Assembly: GCF_001194135.2 (NCBI RefSeq)
Contig: NC_068990.1
Span: 92,734,561-92,798,560, forward strand
Direction: 5' to 3'
Origin: Octopus bimaculoides
Lineage: Eukaryota
Length of the DNA: 64,000 nucleotides
Shown: piece after piece, positions 22,801 through 36,154 of the stretch
How the letters are laid out: every line of letters starts with the position of its first letter
How positions within the stretch are numbered: position 1 is the first letter of the stretch
The notes under the pieces: generated by a model
What the model saw: only the letters and a program-made list of their open reading frames with translations
What the model was told of the DNA's origin: nothing
Database searches by the model: none
Translations under genes and position numbers: made by a program

Positions 22801-25800
22801 TCCGTCAGATATAAATAATGAAGCTTTTTTTCCTTTAATAGAATTAAATGAATTAATGATGGTATCATTGATTGCAGTGGAATTCACATGGTTATGACTT
22901 AGCAAGACAATTTGGCAACAAGTTTACTTACGTATCTCCAGTCTGGTTACAAGTGAAGAGAAGACCAAGCGGTGCTTACGTTGTACAAGGAGAACATGAC
23001 ATTGATAGAAGTAATTATATTTCTGACATTGTCCTTGTTGTTGTTGTTGTTGTTACTATTGGAACCGTGTTGATCTGTTCATGGTCACAACTATAATTAA
23101 CATTAATAGAAATAATTATCATATTTGTGTGTGCATTAAATGATTTATGTCTTTTACTTTCTCTCCCTTATTATATATATATATCATCATCATCATCGTT
23201 TAAATATCAACAACAAAACCGATGGTCTTCACTGAATGACCTCTACTAAAGGAACTCAGTGACCAAGCAAATACTAGTATTCAACAGGACAATACTATGA
23301 GGTGTATACAGGTGTATGTAATAAAATAGAAGTTTAATCAATAGTATTCCCACCATGACCACCCTTGCTGTATTCATTGATCCACACTACAAATATTTCT
23401 CATATTTAACATAAATCTTAATTTAGAATTTTCTCTTAATGAATATATTTTCTTTTGCAGATTGGATTGAAGAGGTCACAAAAGGTCGCAATACCAAAAT
23501 CTGTGAGTTATATTTACCCAAGAACTAGTTAATGTTGTAAATGTTGTTATTAAGAATCCTTGATCAGATTCCATAGAGGTGCTGAACTGATTCACCTCCT
23601 CACATATCCAGTAATCTGCATTTGTTTAATTTATACTGCACTGTTTGCTCCATAGTGTATACCACACCCTGTACATTCAGTGCTAATACACTACATCCCA
23701 CACTATACAGTGCCCCTAGTGGTTAGGGTGTTGGTGTAGTTCCCTAAATGTAACATCTGATATATGATGATTGTATACTAACAATTTCCTTTATATCTAC
23801 CACAGTTCCCTAAATAACTAGTTCCTTTATGTCTACCACAGTTCCCTCTATAACTAGATCCTTTATATTTATCACAGTTCCCTGTATAACAAGTTCCTTT
23901 ATATTTATCACAATTACTTAAATGTAACATTGTTTATATAATGATTATATTAACTATTTCTTTTATATCTACCACAGTTCCTCGAATGTTGTTTGATGGT
24001 TGGACTGGGGAAGATTATCTTCACTTATTCTCCAGCGAAGATGAAATTGAAGATTGTGTTGAAACTATTTTAAAGTTTATCAAGGTATGGCTTACTATCA
24101 AGCAGTGCTGTCTTGTTGATTTTGTAGATCACTTCCAGATCAGTTTCCATCCAGTCTGTCTATGATTAAAGATATTCAAGCTGTCACCATCCTGTTTTTC
24201 ATTCAAGCATATTATATCTCTACAACAACTTATCTAATGTGTCTTTTATTTGAACATAGTCTATCTAGGACTACTTATCCAATGTGATTTTTCTCTTTTT
24301 TTTAACCTTTTTGTTCTTGTATTTCTGTCAAAATGCCTTTGTTCCAATTAATTATGAAAATAGTAAAGTATATAACAAAATACCTTTGTCGTTGTTGTTG
24401 TTCAGTCTTAGGTGATTGCTGATTAAATAAATCAATGATCAGAGGAATTCCAGCCATCATTACTATCCTTTATGCCTGCTATTTCTAACAGATCAAGCAA
24501 CCGTATCAATTAACATTGTAATTTGTGTATATACACTCCAAAATTGTCTCTGTTTTTGCAACCTCTTATATGTTTTTATGTTGTCCTTGTGACTGAAATA
24601 AAGGAATCATTATTCCGCTTTCAATTTAGAATCAAAATTTTCACGGAATAGTCTTGGAGATTTGGTCTCAGCTTGGTGGACACCGTAAAACGTAAGTTTT
24701 ATCTTTCACAAACACTAAGAATTGAATTTCTACAAAAATATTCTGATCTAAAACATTTCTCCTTTCCACTACAGCCTTGGTTCAACCAAAAACTTGTCGG
24801 TGGATTTAATAGGTGGAAACTAGAAGAAGGTTGTTGGGTTGTTGAGTGTTTATCATCATCACCATGGCGTCCACTTTTCCCTGCTTGATGGAGAGCAGCA
24901 CAGAGAGGGGAAAGAAGATAGAGAAAGGAGGTGATTGATGGAGACAGAAGGCAGGGGAAGATAGTGAGAAGTGGTTTGGGGTGAAGGGAAGAAAGGTAAC
25001 TGGGAAAAGTGGGGGGTGTATTTTGTGCCTATCCTGCTCTTATGTGATAGAGAAGTAGTGGGGAAAAGCTTGACAGGGCAGAGAGGATGGGGGTGGGGCA
25101 GCGTCCCTTATGGACAAACATTACCAAGGTGGTTTTAGGATATCAATTCTACAATGGTGGACAGGTCTTCTTCAGTATAGCAAGGCTCCAGTTATCTCAG
25201 CCCTTTGTAAGGCTCAGCATCTTGAAATCAGTCGTCAGTATTTCATCCTCTGTGTGTGTATATACAGACACACATATTTATGGTATCTTTATTATTTTTG
25301 CAATTTTCCAGGGATTTGATTCATTTTTTGACCCATATGGGACAGATGTTTCGTGAAGCTGGTCGTGTTCTTATTCTTGTTATACCGCCATCTTCTGAAT
25401 CGGGGTAAGAATTTTTTTTTCCTTTCGTACCAATACATGAAAACGTGCTTTCAATTTCTGAAAACCATTTTGTATTCCTTTCAAATATCTTTAATTTATG
25501 TAGAATATTTCCCATTTAATGAAACAGTTCTATTCAGTATTCATTTTCATGTCTCAAATGTTTTTATATTTATTGTAGTGAAATAATATTTTAATTGTAA
25601 TCTCAAATCACTACCAAACTATTGCTTTTGAGACTTTGCTGGGGTCACCTAACATTTTCCTATATCTGCTGTTGTATTAGGGGATTAATAATGGCATGTT
25701 AATTTTGTGTTTGAGAGGCTGTTATAATAACCAATGTTGTTCTATTACAGAACTGAAGGAATGTTCAACAAGAAAGACTTTGATGCCCTTTCACCTCACA

Positions 25801-28800
25801 TAGATCAGTTCAGTTTGATGACATATGACTATTCAAATTCATATAAGTAAGTAACAGTATTTCATTGGGTTCCTGTTATACTTTGTGGTTATTCTGACAC
25901 CTTATCACCATAGTCTTCTTTCCTTTTGCAGCTGGGGTAGCCATGTGTCTTCTCCACAGTAAGATACCTTATCCTGTGTTTATCATACATTCGTCCATCA
26001 ACCCCTGACATAAATCACCACCCTCAATACTATCTGTCCCCCACCCCAACACTACACCTCCCTCAGTACAGCACCCCCATCAATCAAGGGGTGTTGTCTT
26101 GCCAGCTACTTGGTGACACAAAAAAGCACTCAGTCCACTTTGCTTTGAAAGTAGACTTGGTGACAAGAATGACATTTGGCTGTAAAAAAATCTGCCTCAG
26201 CAAATTTCATCTGACCCATGCAAGTATGAGAAAGTGCAGCAGCAGCAGAAGCTTACTCTGAATATACAAGACATGATGTAGTAGAGTTGGCAGAGTGATA
26301 AAGAATCCTGACAACAGATACGAAAGATGGTAGCTACCAAGTAGACTGCTGACCAGATGTAAGGTGGAGTAGTCTAGTTGAAGTGGGGGAAGAGCTGACA
26401 TTAAGGAAATCAGTAAGAGATAACTGCAATGGTATAGCTATGTAATGTGGGTGGATGGATGGTGTCAAATATTGACATACCTGTGCCCGTGTTGTTATAC
26501 ACACGCACACAAGCATTTATATAAATATTTGTATATATGTATCTAAAATATAGACACCCAATCATATTCATCTGTTTATATGAATATTCATCTTTCGGTC
26601 TGTTTTTATACATTTAGTTTGCATTCAAATTTCAAAATGTCACATTGTTTAGTTAACACAGATTTTTACATTTTATTTTAATTATTCACAGACCTGGTCC
26701 AAACAGCCCTCTTGCTTGGATGAAAATGTGTGTTGAGAATTTGGTACCGTTATTAAATACAACATTAAGAAAGAAAATCTTACTTGGATTCAATTTCTAT
26801 GGTTATGATTTTGTTCCTGGATCTGGAGACCCAATTATTGGAAACAAGTTAGTATTAAGATATTTCATATTCAAGCTAAGAAAGAACCAGAGAATCAGTA
26901 CCCAAGCATGGCTACATCCTACACTAGTTGAAGACCATACCACACACTGTAGTCTGTTCATGCTATTTGGCAGTCATCTTTGTCAAGTGGTGTTTCTGTA
27001 CAGTCTGATGAATCATTGATGAAAAAACACATTACAATTTAAAAACAGTAAAAATGTTCTTGAAGACCTGTCTTGGTAGTTAGGGTGTTGCAGTCACAAT
27101 TGTCAGATCATGATGTTGATGCCAGGACTGGGTGACGCATTGTGTTCATGAGCATCATTTTATGTTGCGCAAAGCCCTCTCAGTTGCAAATGAAAAAACT
27201 CTTGACTAATTTGTATCTCATTCAGGAGTAATGTTGTGGCCTTGGTCATCTATGGAAATCAGGTGACGGCCCTAGAAGTCATAGGACTCAAAGCAGTTCT
27301 TTTACATTACTTACTTCCCAGGCGTTCGGTGTGGAATGCATGCACCAAGTTTCAGAGCTGTCTTGAGGCCATAATGGAAGCTGAGGACAGCTACATTGAA
27401 TAAACTGTTATCTCCCAGTCACAATCTAGTTAATATTTTTTTATTTTCTCAATTTTTTTAAATTTTGGGATGGGAGACTGTTTTTCTTTTCTTTTTATGC
27501 AAGCTATCAAATTTAGCCCAATCACCCTGTGTGATATAATATCACTATATATCATTCTAATATGTATTGATATGGTAACAGTGTATATCAGTATGATAAT
27601 ATATTTCAATATGATTACACTATTGGTTAATATACTGTAACAATATGTGTGGATATGATTTTATATAAATATATGTCGTTCAGATTTACAGAAGACAAGT
27701 GTAGGAATAACAAGCAGGTGTATTAGTTTAACGCTTGGGAACAATGGAAAAGTCTTCTACGTTTCGAGTCTATGCTCTTTGATAGAAAGAATTAAGAGTT
27801 GGATTGAAATATTTATTTTGTGAAAATTTATTTCTTGTCTTTAATTTCAGATATATTGAAATCTTAAAAAAACATAAACCTGAGATAAAATGGGACAAAA
27901 ACAGTTTTGAACATACAATACAATACAAGTAAGTATACTGTAAGGGTACGCAGTAGGTACACTCCTCAACGTAATTACTACCTTTTTGTGTTTGCTTTTT
28001 TCATGCCTGCATAGGTTGGATGACTTCTTTCTAACACAGCATCTCACCAAATGTCACATTCCCGTGAGGTTTGACATCCTGAGACCAGCTTTCACCATTG
28101 CAGTGTGAGGCTTCATCAGATTGATTCGGTACCTGTTGCTGATTGCAGTGAGGACTGAAGCAGCACAGCATACATACATCATCATCATCATCATGAGTAT
28201 CATTTAATGTTCACTTGTTCATGCTTGCATGGGTCAGAGAGAACTTGTTAAAGCAGATTCTCTATGGTCAGATGCCCTTTGCGTTGCCAGCCCTCACCTG
28301 TCTTCAAGCAACGTAATTTTCCTCCATGGCCAAACAGGTTTTCAAGAAAAACTGGAAATGGACACCACTGCTTGTTTACAATCATCACATGGTGTCTAGG
28401 CAAAGGTACACACACACACATAGGTTTCTTTCAGCTTCTGTCTATCAAAGCCACTCACAAGGCTTTGGTCAGCCCTGGACTTGTCCAAGGTGCCATGCAG
28501 AGGGACTGAACTTGAAACTTCGTGATTGGGAAGCAAGCTTCTTAACCACACGGCCATGCTGTCACCTAACATAGATAAATGATAGGTAGATAAATAGATA
28601 GAGGTGTGTATATGTGCCAGTAGCATTCATTTGAATCTCTTTCTCTCTCTCTCTCTCTCTCTCCCTCCCTCTCTCTTGCTGTTGTGTACATACTTTTATC
28701 TCCTTCTTCCCTTTTCCTCAGTGTGACAAATTGTTGTCAACAGAGGGAGCTGTCGTTTGTAATATAATAGATGTGAGGCAGCTGAAAAATGTCTTCAGCG

Positions 28801-29029
28801 CTTGTGTGGCCTGGCATCTGCATCTGCAGACTTTACCATTGTGACTTCTATTGCTAATATTAATCTTTCTGGTTACTAATGTTTCAGGACTGGAATTGGT
28901 CAACATATTGTCTACTATCCAACATTGATGTCAATACAAGCCCGGCTGGAACTAGCAGAATATTTACATACAGGCATTTCTATCTGGGAGATTGGACAAG
29001 GGTTGGATTATTTTTACGATCTGCTGTAA
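19861..29029 (+). CDS. CHID1: Chitinase domain-containing protein 1 (SI-CLP, GH18-like); 11 coding exons, 388 aa
   Basis: Exons 19861-19968, 21579-21728, 22878-23010, 23461-23502, 23978-24084, 24630-24691, 25312-25404, 25751-25846, 26692-26847, 27851-27928, 28888-29029. All introns are GT-AG, phases are consistent and the total is 1167 nt. Signal peptide [26 protein letters not shown]; hallmark motifs [66 protein letters not shown]. Confidence 0.95.
20545..21290 (+). mobile_element. RTE LINE RT fragment in CHID1 intron 1
   Basis: [47 protein letters not shown]. Confidence 0.9.
22090..22560 (-). mobile_element. Tc1/mariner (DD37D/maT-like) transposase remnant
   Basis: Minus-strand translation ends ...[33 protein letters not shown], with upstream decayed QQDSAP and NSPDLNPMDYYVWG-like segments. 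Confidence 0.6.
23738..23980 (+). repeat. 36-bp minisatellite built from the CHID1 exon-5 splice acceptor
   Basis: Units ttcctttatatctaccacagttccctaaataactag with AG at 23805, 23841 and 23877, AA at 23913, and the true acceptor at 23977. Confidence 0.85.
27320..27480 (+). mobile_element. Second copy of the same transposase 3' end, opposite orientation
   Basis: aatgcatgcaccaagtttcagagctgtcttgaggcc...ctacattgaata ([20 protein letters not shown]) matches the reverse complement of about 22090-22170. Confidence 0.6.
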
Positions 29030-29204
29030 CTGCTCTGTCATTCCTGCTGTTAAATATTGAACTTCGAATGTAAAATTCCAATTATGAAATACTTAAAATG
29101 TTAAAAAAAAAACTTAAAAACTCAACTGAAATATTGTTATAAACTGAACGTGTTTCATTTGATTCCAATAATACCAGACATTTGGTCTGCACTGATCTCA
29201 CAGA

Positions 29205-29220
29205 AATAAATCTGAATAAA
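29205..29220 (+). terminator. Candidate CHID1 polyadenylation signals (2x AATAAA)
   Basis: AATAAA at 29205-29210 and 29215-29220, about 180 nt after the stop codon. Confidence 0.4.
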
Positions 29221-30336
29221 AAAAAAAAAAACACAGAAAGGAAAATTCTTTTTAAAAAAGGCTGAAGATTTCAACATTTTCAGAATTTTTTTTTATCTTT
29301 TGTTACAAATGTCTTCGGAAGAAAACAAATTAAAATTATTGGTTAAAAAAAAAAAGAAGAATGAAATGAAGCTAGATTTAGTCAAATTCTATTGAAGAAA
29401 GTGAAAAGAATTAGCTGTAATTGTTTTTACTTCCACATTTTTTTCCATCCATTCCACTGTCTTTTTCAAATCCAAAAGTTTCACAGGGTTTGATTTTAAT
29501 AAAAGATTATATATATATATAATATATAAATATATTTACTTTAAAAGAAANNNNNNNNNNTCTTTTATTTTCTTTTTCACTATTTGTGACATTCCTTTCT
29601 AGAAAGATGCCTAAAGATAAGCTCTGTAGACATCAACAATTGTTCTAATTGGAACACTCATTTTTTTTTTTTTTAAGAAATGTGATATCAAGACAATTAC
29701 TGTTTTTTTTTTTTAATTATTTTTTGGCCACCCTTGTCCAAAGAAACTCTCTATATATGCACCAAGTTAACTTCGTATAAAACTATTTGTCAATCAGTAT
29801 TCAATTTTTTTTTTTTTCCTGATGGCAAAAAATAAAAATCCTATTTCAGTCCACACTATTTGTGTTTATTTCATTCTAAAAACTGTTTCTGATATTTCTA
29901 AAATGAATTCCAGTTAATTTTTTGAAAGTTTCCATCAAAATTAATTCGTAAAACTCCACTTACATCAAAGTCATCAAGGCACCAATATCAATATTGAGAT
30001 GAGTTTTTCATTACAGATGTTTATACTTGTTGCTAGATATTTTATTGGTCAGTAAAATGGTCATTACTATAACTGTTACCATTATACAATGCTTTTGAAG
30101 CTTCGTAGAATAAGAGATCTTTTACTTGAAAAACAGATTAGGGTTAGTGACAGGAAGGGCATCTAGCTGCAAAATAATGCCTCAATAATATATCCATCTA
30201 ACCCATGCTGACATAGAAAAAAGGCAACAAAATGAATGAACAAATAGTAGCAATAGATGTATAGAATTGCAAACCTTGTGCCAGCTGTCCAATATTGAAA
30301 CCACTCTGTTACAAATGGTTATTTAATGTTTTTATC

Positions 30337-33300
30337 TTACATAAGTACACATCGGTCCTTCAAACGCAGCATTTGACGGTTATGGGGCCTTTTCCCATTC
30401 CACACACCAATATTCCGGCATTCTGTCACAATAAACTCATCAACTTTAACACCATAAAAGACATCATTTAAATCGAGGCTGAGCCGAGATGACATGTCAA
30501 ATGGAGAAGGGACACGGATTGCTCGGCTGATCTCTTCTTTGAACAGGGTCCAGTCAAAAGCCCCTCCCAAGTAGTTACGGGTCACGAGCTCAAGATGGAC
30601 CTGAGGTAAAGCTGAAAATAAAAATGATTTGCTTAGTGATATGATAGAAACAGTGATTTGGGAGCGGGGGTTTACAGATTCTCCCTCAGTACATGACTGG
30701 TATTTATTGCTCCCTGAAGGATAAAAAGACAATCTGATTGTTACAGGGTTTGTACTTGAAACATAAGAAGGAAACTAAACCATCTTCATTTTAATGTCCC
30801 CTTTTCCATACTTGCATGGATTGGGGTAGAATTGGTGGGATTTTTCTGCAGCTGGATACCCTTCCTGTCACCAACCTTCACTTGTTTCCAAGTAAAGTAA
30901 TACATCTTCATGGCCAGACATGTTTTCCTGGAAGATTGGAAATGAAGGACGCTGCCTGCATAATGGTGACACATTATCACATCATGTCAAGACAACGTGA
31001 CACACATATAGGATGGGCTTCTTTCAGTTTTCTTTTACTAAATCTATTCATAAGGCTTTGGTTGGCCCAGGGCTATAGTAGAAGACACTTGCTCAACGTA
31101 CAGTGATGTAGGACTGAACTTGAAACCATGTGGTTGGAAAGCAAACTTCTTAACCATAGAGCCATACCTACACCTCCACACAACCAGGCCTCTGCCCCTT
31201 ACAGCCATGTTATAAAGATAATTTCAAGCAGATGGTGTTATAAGATTCTTTTCTACTCTAGGCACAAGGCCTGAAATTTTTGGGGAGGATGGGGCAGTCG
31301 ATTAGATCAACCTCAGTATGCAACTGGTACTTAATTTATCAACCCCGAAAGGATGAAAGGCAAAGTCGACCTCAGCAGAATTTGAACTCAGAATTGTGTT
31401 ATAATATTGCTTCATGACCATTTTTAATGTGTTTGTTTCCATGCTGCCGCATAAGTAAGACATTTTTGCTTTCTTCCATCCTGAGTCAACTTGTCTATGA
31501 CCTCCATCCCCGAGTCTGCTTTGGCCAACTTCTCTGGTTTCCTGACATCATTTAAGAAAATAATATAAAGACATTGTTGAAGGTGTGTTGAAGAATTAAA
31601 TTTCCTGGCATGGATATGTCAACATGTACTGGATACACACACATATATATATATATATACATATATACACATGATTAGCCATATGTATGTATGTTTGTTG
31701 TCTTTTAATGAACTTTAATGAAGGATTAATTAAAGTAGTTATTACTCTGTAAAAATGTAAGCTGAAGCCAGTCAGTGCCATAAATTGGCAAAGATTTCCT
31801 TCACATCAGTTCATTGAAATTTGGTACAATTTAGAATAAAAAGCAGAAAAGCATAACTTTTACATATAATTCATTGTTTAGATATTCTCTATAGCAGTTT
31901 CAATGCCATGTTACATCATTATTTTTACAATTAGGTAATTAAAATACATAATAATTATTTATTTATTATGGTGACAACATATTTCTCTGAACTCTTTAAT
32001 TATTTTCTTTCTCATATTTGAAAAGGAAAATCTTTCCCAAAATATTATAGAATCTTTGAACAACCTATGCAAGGCAATACAATGTCTTTTCTCTTTCTTT
32101 TCATTTATTGACATCACATTACATATTTTGTCCAACTTCTCATCTGCATTACCCCAAAGTTTTTTTTTGTTAAAGATTTATATCATTTACAATTTATTTC
32201 TACATTTTGCTGATATCTGTTTACCTTTTTGTTGATTCAGAAAGTAATATGTTTGTATCACATAGGCAGGGTCGAGAAGATGGAATTTAACAAACAGATT
32301 GTTCATCTCTATGTTGTATTGTTCTTCACTGCACTGTCCAGTGATGATTCGTTTCATTATAAGTCGGGTCCACTCAGGTTGCTTCAGCCACTGTAGCAAA
32401 TTCTCAGCCCATTTAGTCCTGCCAGAGACAAAGGAGTCAATAAAGGAAGAACAGACAATTCCTATTTGTGATAATATTTTCATATTTAACCAATTCATGC
32501 AATGAACCAAAGATGTTGGAAGTAAAGAACACTGGTTGTGGAGACCTGAAACAAGAAACTAAACTCATCACCTGGTTTAAAACACCCTCACACATCGACA
32601 ACCAGTGTCATCACATTTATAATGACAACTTGATTGCAGACCTTGGCCTGGAATGTATCCAGGACCTTGAGGCAGAGATGATGGACCAAGAAGTGTGGCG
32701 GATGGACTTTGTTGCTGTCGCCCAGGCTGGAACCTGGCCATAATAATAATAAGATCTCAGGTGCCCTGGCCATAATAAAGTCTTGTGTGCCCTTAAACAG
32801 AGTTCACTCTTTTGCAAATATTCATGCTAGGTTTCTGCTCTAAATATAACTTTCTCCCTTCCTTATATCAGCCCAAGAAATCCCAAAAGGGGTTTACAGC
32901 AGCTGTTCTTCCTCCTCTGAGTAAACCATTAAACTCTAAACACTAAAGAGAAAGATACAGATGAAATCTCATATTACGGCTCATCTCGCAGTCAATTTGA
33001 ATAGTGTGGTGTTTAATAAATGATTCGCCCAACAATGTTGGCCATGTTTATTGCTAGACAGTCCCTAGCCATAAATATCTCTCTCTCTGAGGTAGCTTCA
33101 ATGTCATATTTTATTGGTAACATCACTGAATGTACAAGACTATGAGAATCCAGGATCTGTTGGGAGACATCTCCCCAGCAACATGTATCTTTGCTTCTAT
33201 CTTCAGTGCCATCTGGTGGCTGTCATAACAATGTAATTGACCCCCAGTCATCATTTTATTGATGTCTGCTCACATGTCATTGTAAAGTGTCATGAGACTT

Positions 33301-34768
33301 TATAATCACCGATTTGAAACAGAACAACAACAGACTCCCTGTTGTCACTTGAACCCTCTAACACATCACTTATTGGTTGACGAGATACAACAGAACTCCA
33401 CCTGCCATTCCATCTCCTCAAAGCTTCTAAATTACAATTACTGAACACCCAAGTCGATACCATCGGCTTCAGTATTTGACTCTTATTTTATCTACTCTGA
33501 AAAGAAGAAAGGCAAGCTTGACCTCAGCAATTTACATAAGCACAAGGTCACGCATTTTGATGGAGTAGAATATTTGATTCAATCATCCCCAATGTTATTT
33601 CATTACTCCTGGAAGGATGATATGCAGGGTTGAATGTAAAGGACAATGCTACAGTATAGAGTAGCCCTAGAATGCACCACTGTAGGATGTACCACTGCCA
33701 CCACAACCACAATTAGAACAAGTTGTAAGAATGTGAAAGAAAGCTGCCACTTACCCACCATTGTCCACAAAGTCTTTGAAACATATTCTGGAAGATTCTT
33801 TTACAACTTGTGGGTAGACAAGTGTATAGAGGCAAAAACCTAATGTTAGAAAATTGGAATATATATATATATCTATATCTATATATATAAAACTGAGAAT
33901 GTGTGTATGTCTGTCTGTATGTATGTGTGCATCACAAAACTCAAGAACTACCCAACCGATTTCATTCAAATGTTATACATGCCTTACTTAGGGTTCGTGC
34001 AGTGTCATGGGCCAAAAAAAGATTTTCAACTTCTTGCCTAATACGAGCCCAGAGCAATCTCTTATCTCTTACACTATTTCAGTATTTTGTGTCTGTGGCA
34101 CGTAAAAAACACCATTTGTGCGTAGCCATTGCCAGTACCGCCAGACTGGCCCTTGTGCCGGTGGCACGTAAAAGCACTCACTACACTAAGGATGGTAGAA
34201 TGGGCAGTTTGCCTGAGGCAGCACTTTTATAGGAATGGCACTTTGGGGTTTGCTGTATAAGCTCTATAGGCTGTACTAGTCCAGCAGGAGCAGGGGACAA
34301 ACTCAGTAACAGCCCCTTGGTCGCTCACACTCTAGCTACAATAATGATAGGGTTTGAATATTTAACAGAATGAGGAATTAGTCTGGATCAGAACTTACCA
34401 AGTTTTTTCCAAGCCAACCCCGAATAGATTTCATTTAAACTCTTATTCACTTCAGTCCGTCGAATGGTTGTGTGGAAACGAAACTCATCTTTATGTCTGC
34501 TGATTACATCAGCAGTGATGGCCGTGGACAAATTTGATAGTGAGAAAATTGTCTGATCAATTTCTTGATATAAAGGATTTGGTTTTGTGTCTGCAAAGAA
34601 TATTTCATGAACATTTGGTTCCATTTTGAGAGCATTTAGTAAAAGTATCCTGGCAGCTTCTTGCGCCCGGTCTCTACCTTTTTTGTCATAAGGAGAGAGA
34701 TTATAAAGTGTGACAACATTTAGCTTTTTACTGGTCAAACTACAAATTGAAGACCTTGACGAGTTCAT
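30337..34768 (-). CDS. Uncharacterised protein, core 3 exons (at least 293 aa), ending in CaaX motif CVLM
   Basis: Exons 34399-34768, 32225-32461 and 30337-30611 join at GT-AG sites in matching phase (1,1) into one ORF: MNSSRSSICS...WKKLG|GIVCSSF...LNQQK|ALPQVHLE...KDRCVLM*. No family recognised. Confidence 0.8.
33878..34083 (+). mobile_element. Possible non-autonomous Helitron-like element (related copy at about 54240-54400)
   Basis: Starts TCTATATATATAAAA, then a (tgtc)n tract, then aagaactacccaaccgatttcattcaaat. This layout recalls Lep1-type Helitrons (recognised from memory, not aligned). Confidence 0.35.
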
Positions 34769-34859
34769 TTTCCTGAAGATTCTGATGGTATATGTATTGT
34801 TATTTTTCTAGAATCTGTTCTTTGAGTCCCAATCCTGAGATTCATCACTTCTGTCATAC

Positions 34860-36057
34860 CACATGGAAATACTGAGGAGTTGAATGGCTTTCTTTAGTAA
34901 TCGTTGTAAATGTGTGTCTGCTGTCTGAGTCTGAGAGTAAAATATATTAAAATAAGGAACCAAATTAAGATAAGTCTAAGTGGTTTTAAATTACAAAAGT
35001 TAGATTTATAAACTGAAGAAACAGCAGAGCAGCCATGCAGAGTTTTGGAAATATGTTCAAAATTGTGAAAATGTAGAACAAACTATCAACATCTGTTGTT
35101 AGCTGTCAGGACACTAATGCATCTTTCAACAATTCCATGCTTCTCAAAATTCCTGACATGCCCCTGCATTCTTTCCTCTTTATGGCTCTTTTACTGTTCG
35201 CTTCTCTGTCTTTTTTCTGTTTTATCATGTGTATTGTGCATGTACTTTTGGCTTTCATTGCTGTCTTTCTTTACTTAACTTAATAAACTGTTTTCTAAGG
35301 CGGTGAGCTGGCAGAAACGTTAGCTCGCCGGGCAAAATGCTTAGCGGTATTTTGTCTATCTTTACATTCTGTGTTCAAATTCTGCTGAGATTGACTTTGC
35401 CTTCCATCCTTGTGGAGTCGATAAATTAAGTACCATTTGCGTACTGGGATGGATCTAATCGACAGCTCCCCGCCCCATACTCCCTCAAAAATTTTGGGCC
35501 TTGTGTCTAGAGTAGAAAAAATAAACTGTTTGCTGTCCCTTCTTTTACACTTTTATGACAAATTCGAGTGCACCTGAGCAGTGCATACAATAAGTTCATT
35601 ATAATATTTTTGAAAAATATTCTTGAGAAAACCATGTGCATTATAGTTTCATTTGTAGAGCTATGTAGACTGGGCTTTATATAATTCTGGTGGTGGTAAT
35701 CTACTGAAAGACATATGAAAAAAAAAATGTAATTATTATTTCTGTTCTATTAAAGACACAAAGCCTGGAGTTTTGTGTATCCTTAATATAGTTCTCAAGC
35801 AAAATTAGTATGGCATATAACAATTATTTTCTTAACTAATTAACAAGTCTTATTATTAACAATGAGTCAACTAATTATAAAACACTATTATATAATTATC
35901 TCATCAAAATGGAGCATGTCCCAGCTGGTCCAATTTATTTCAGATCAGCTCCACCCATCATTGTAACAATTTTTACTTATTTTTTTGTCACTTTTTTTTG
36001 TTCTATTTATTAATGAAACAATATTCTTGTTTATTTGTGTGTGTGTGTGTGTGCCTT

Positions 36058-36154
<97 letters not shown>

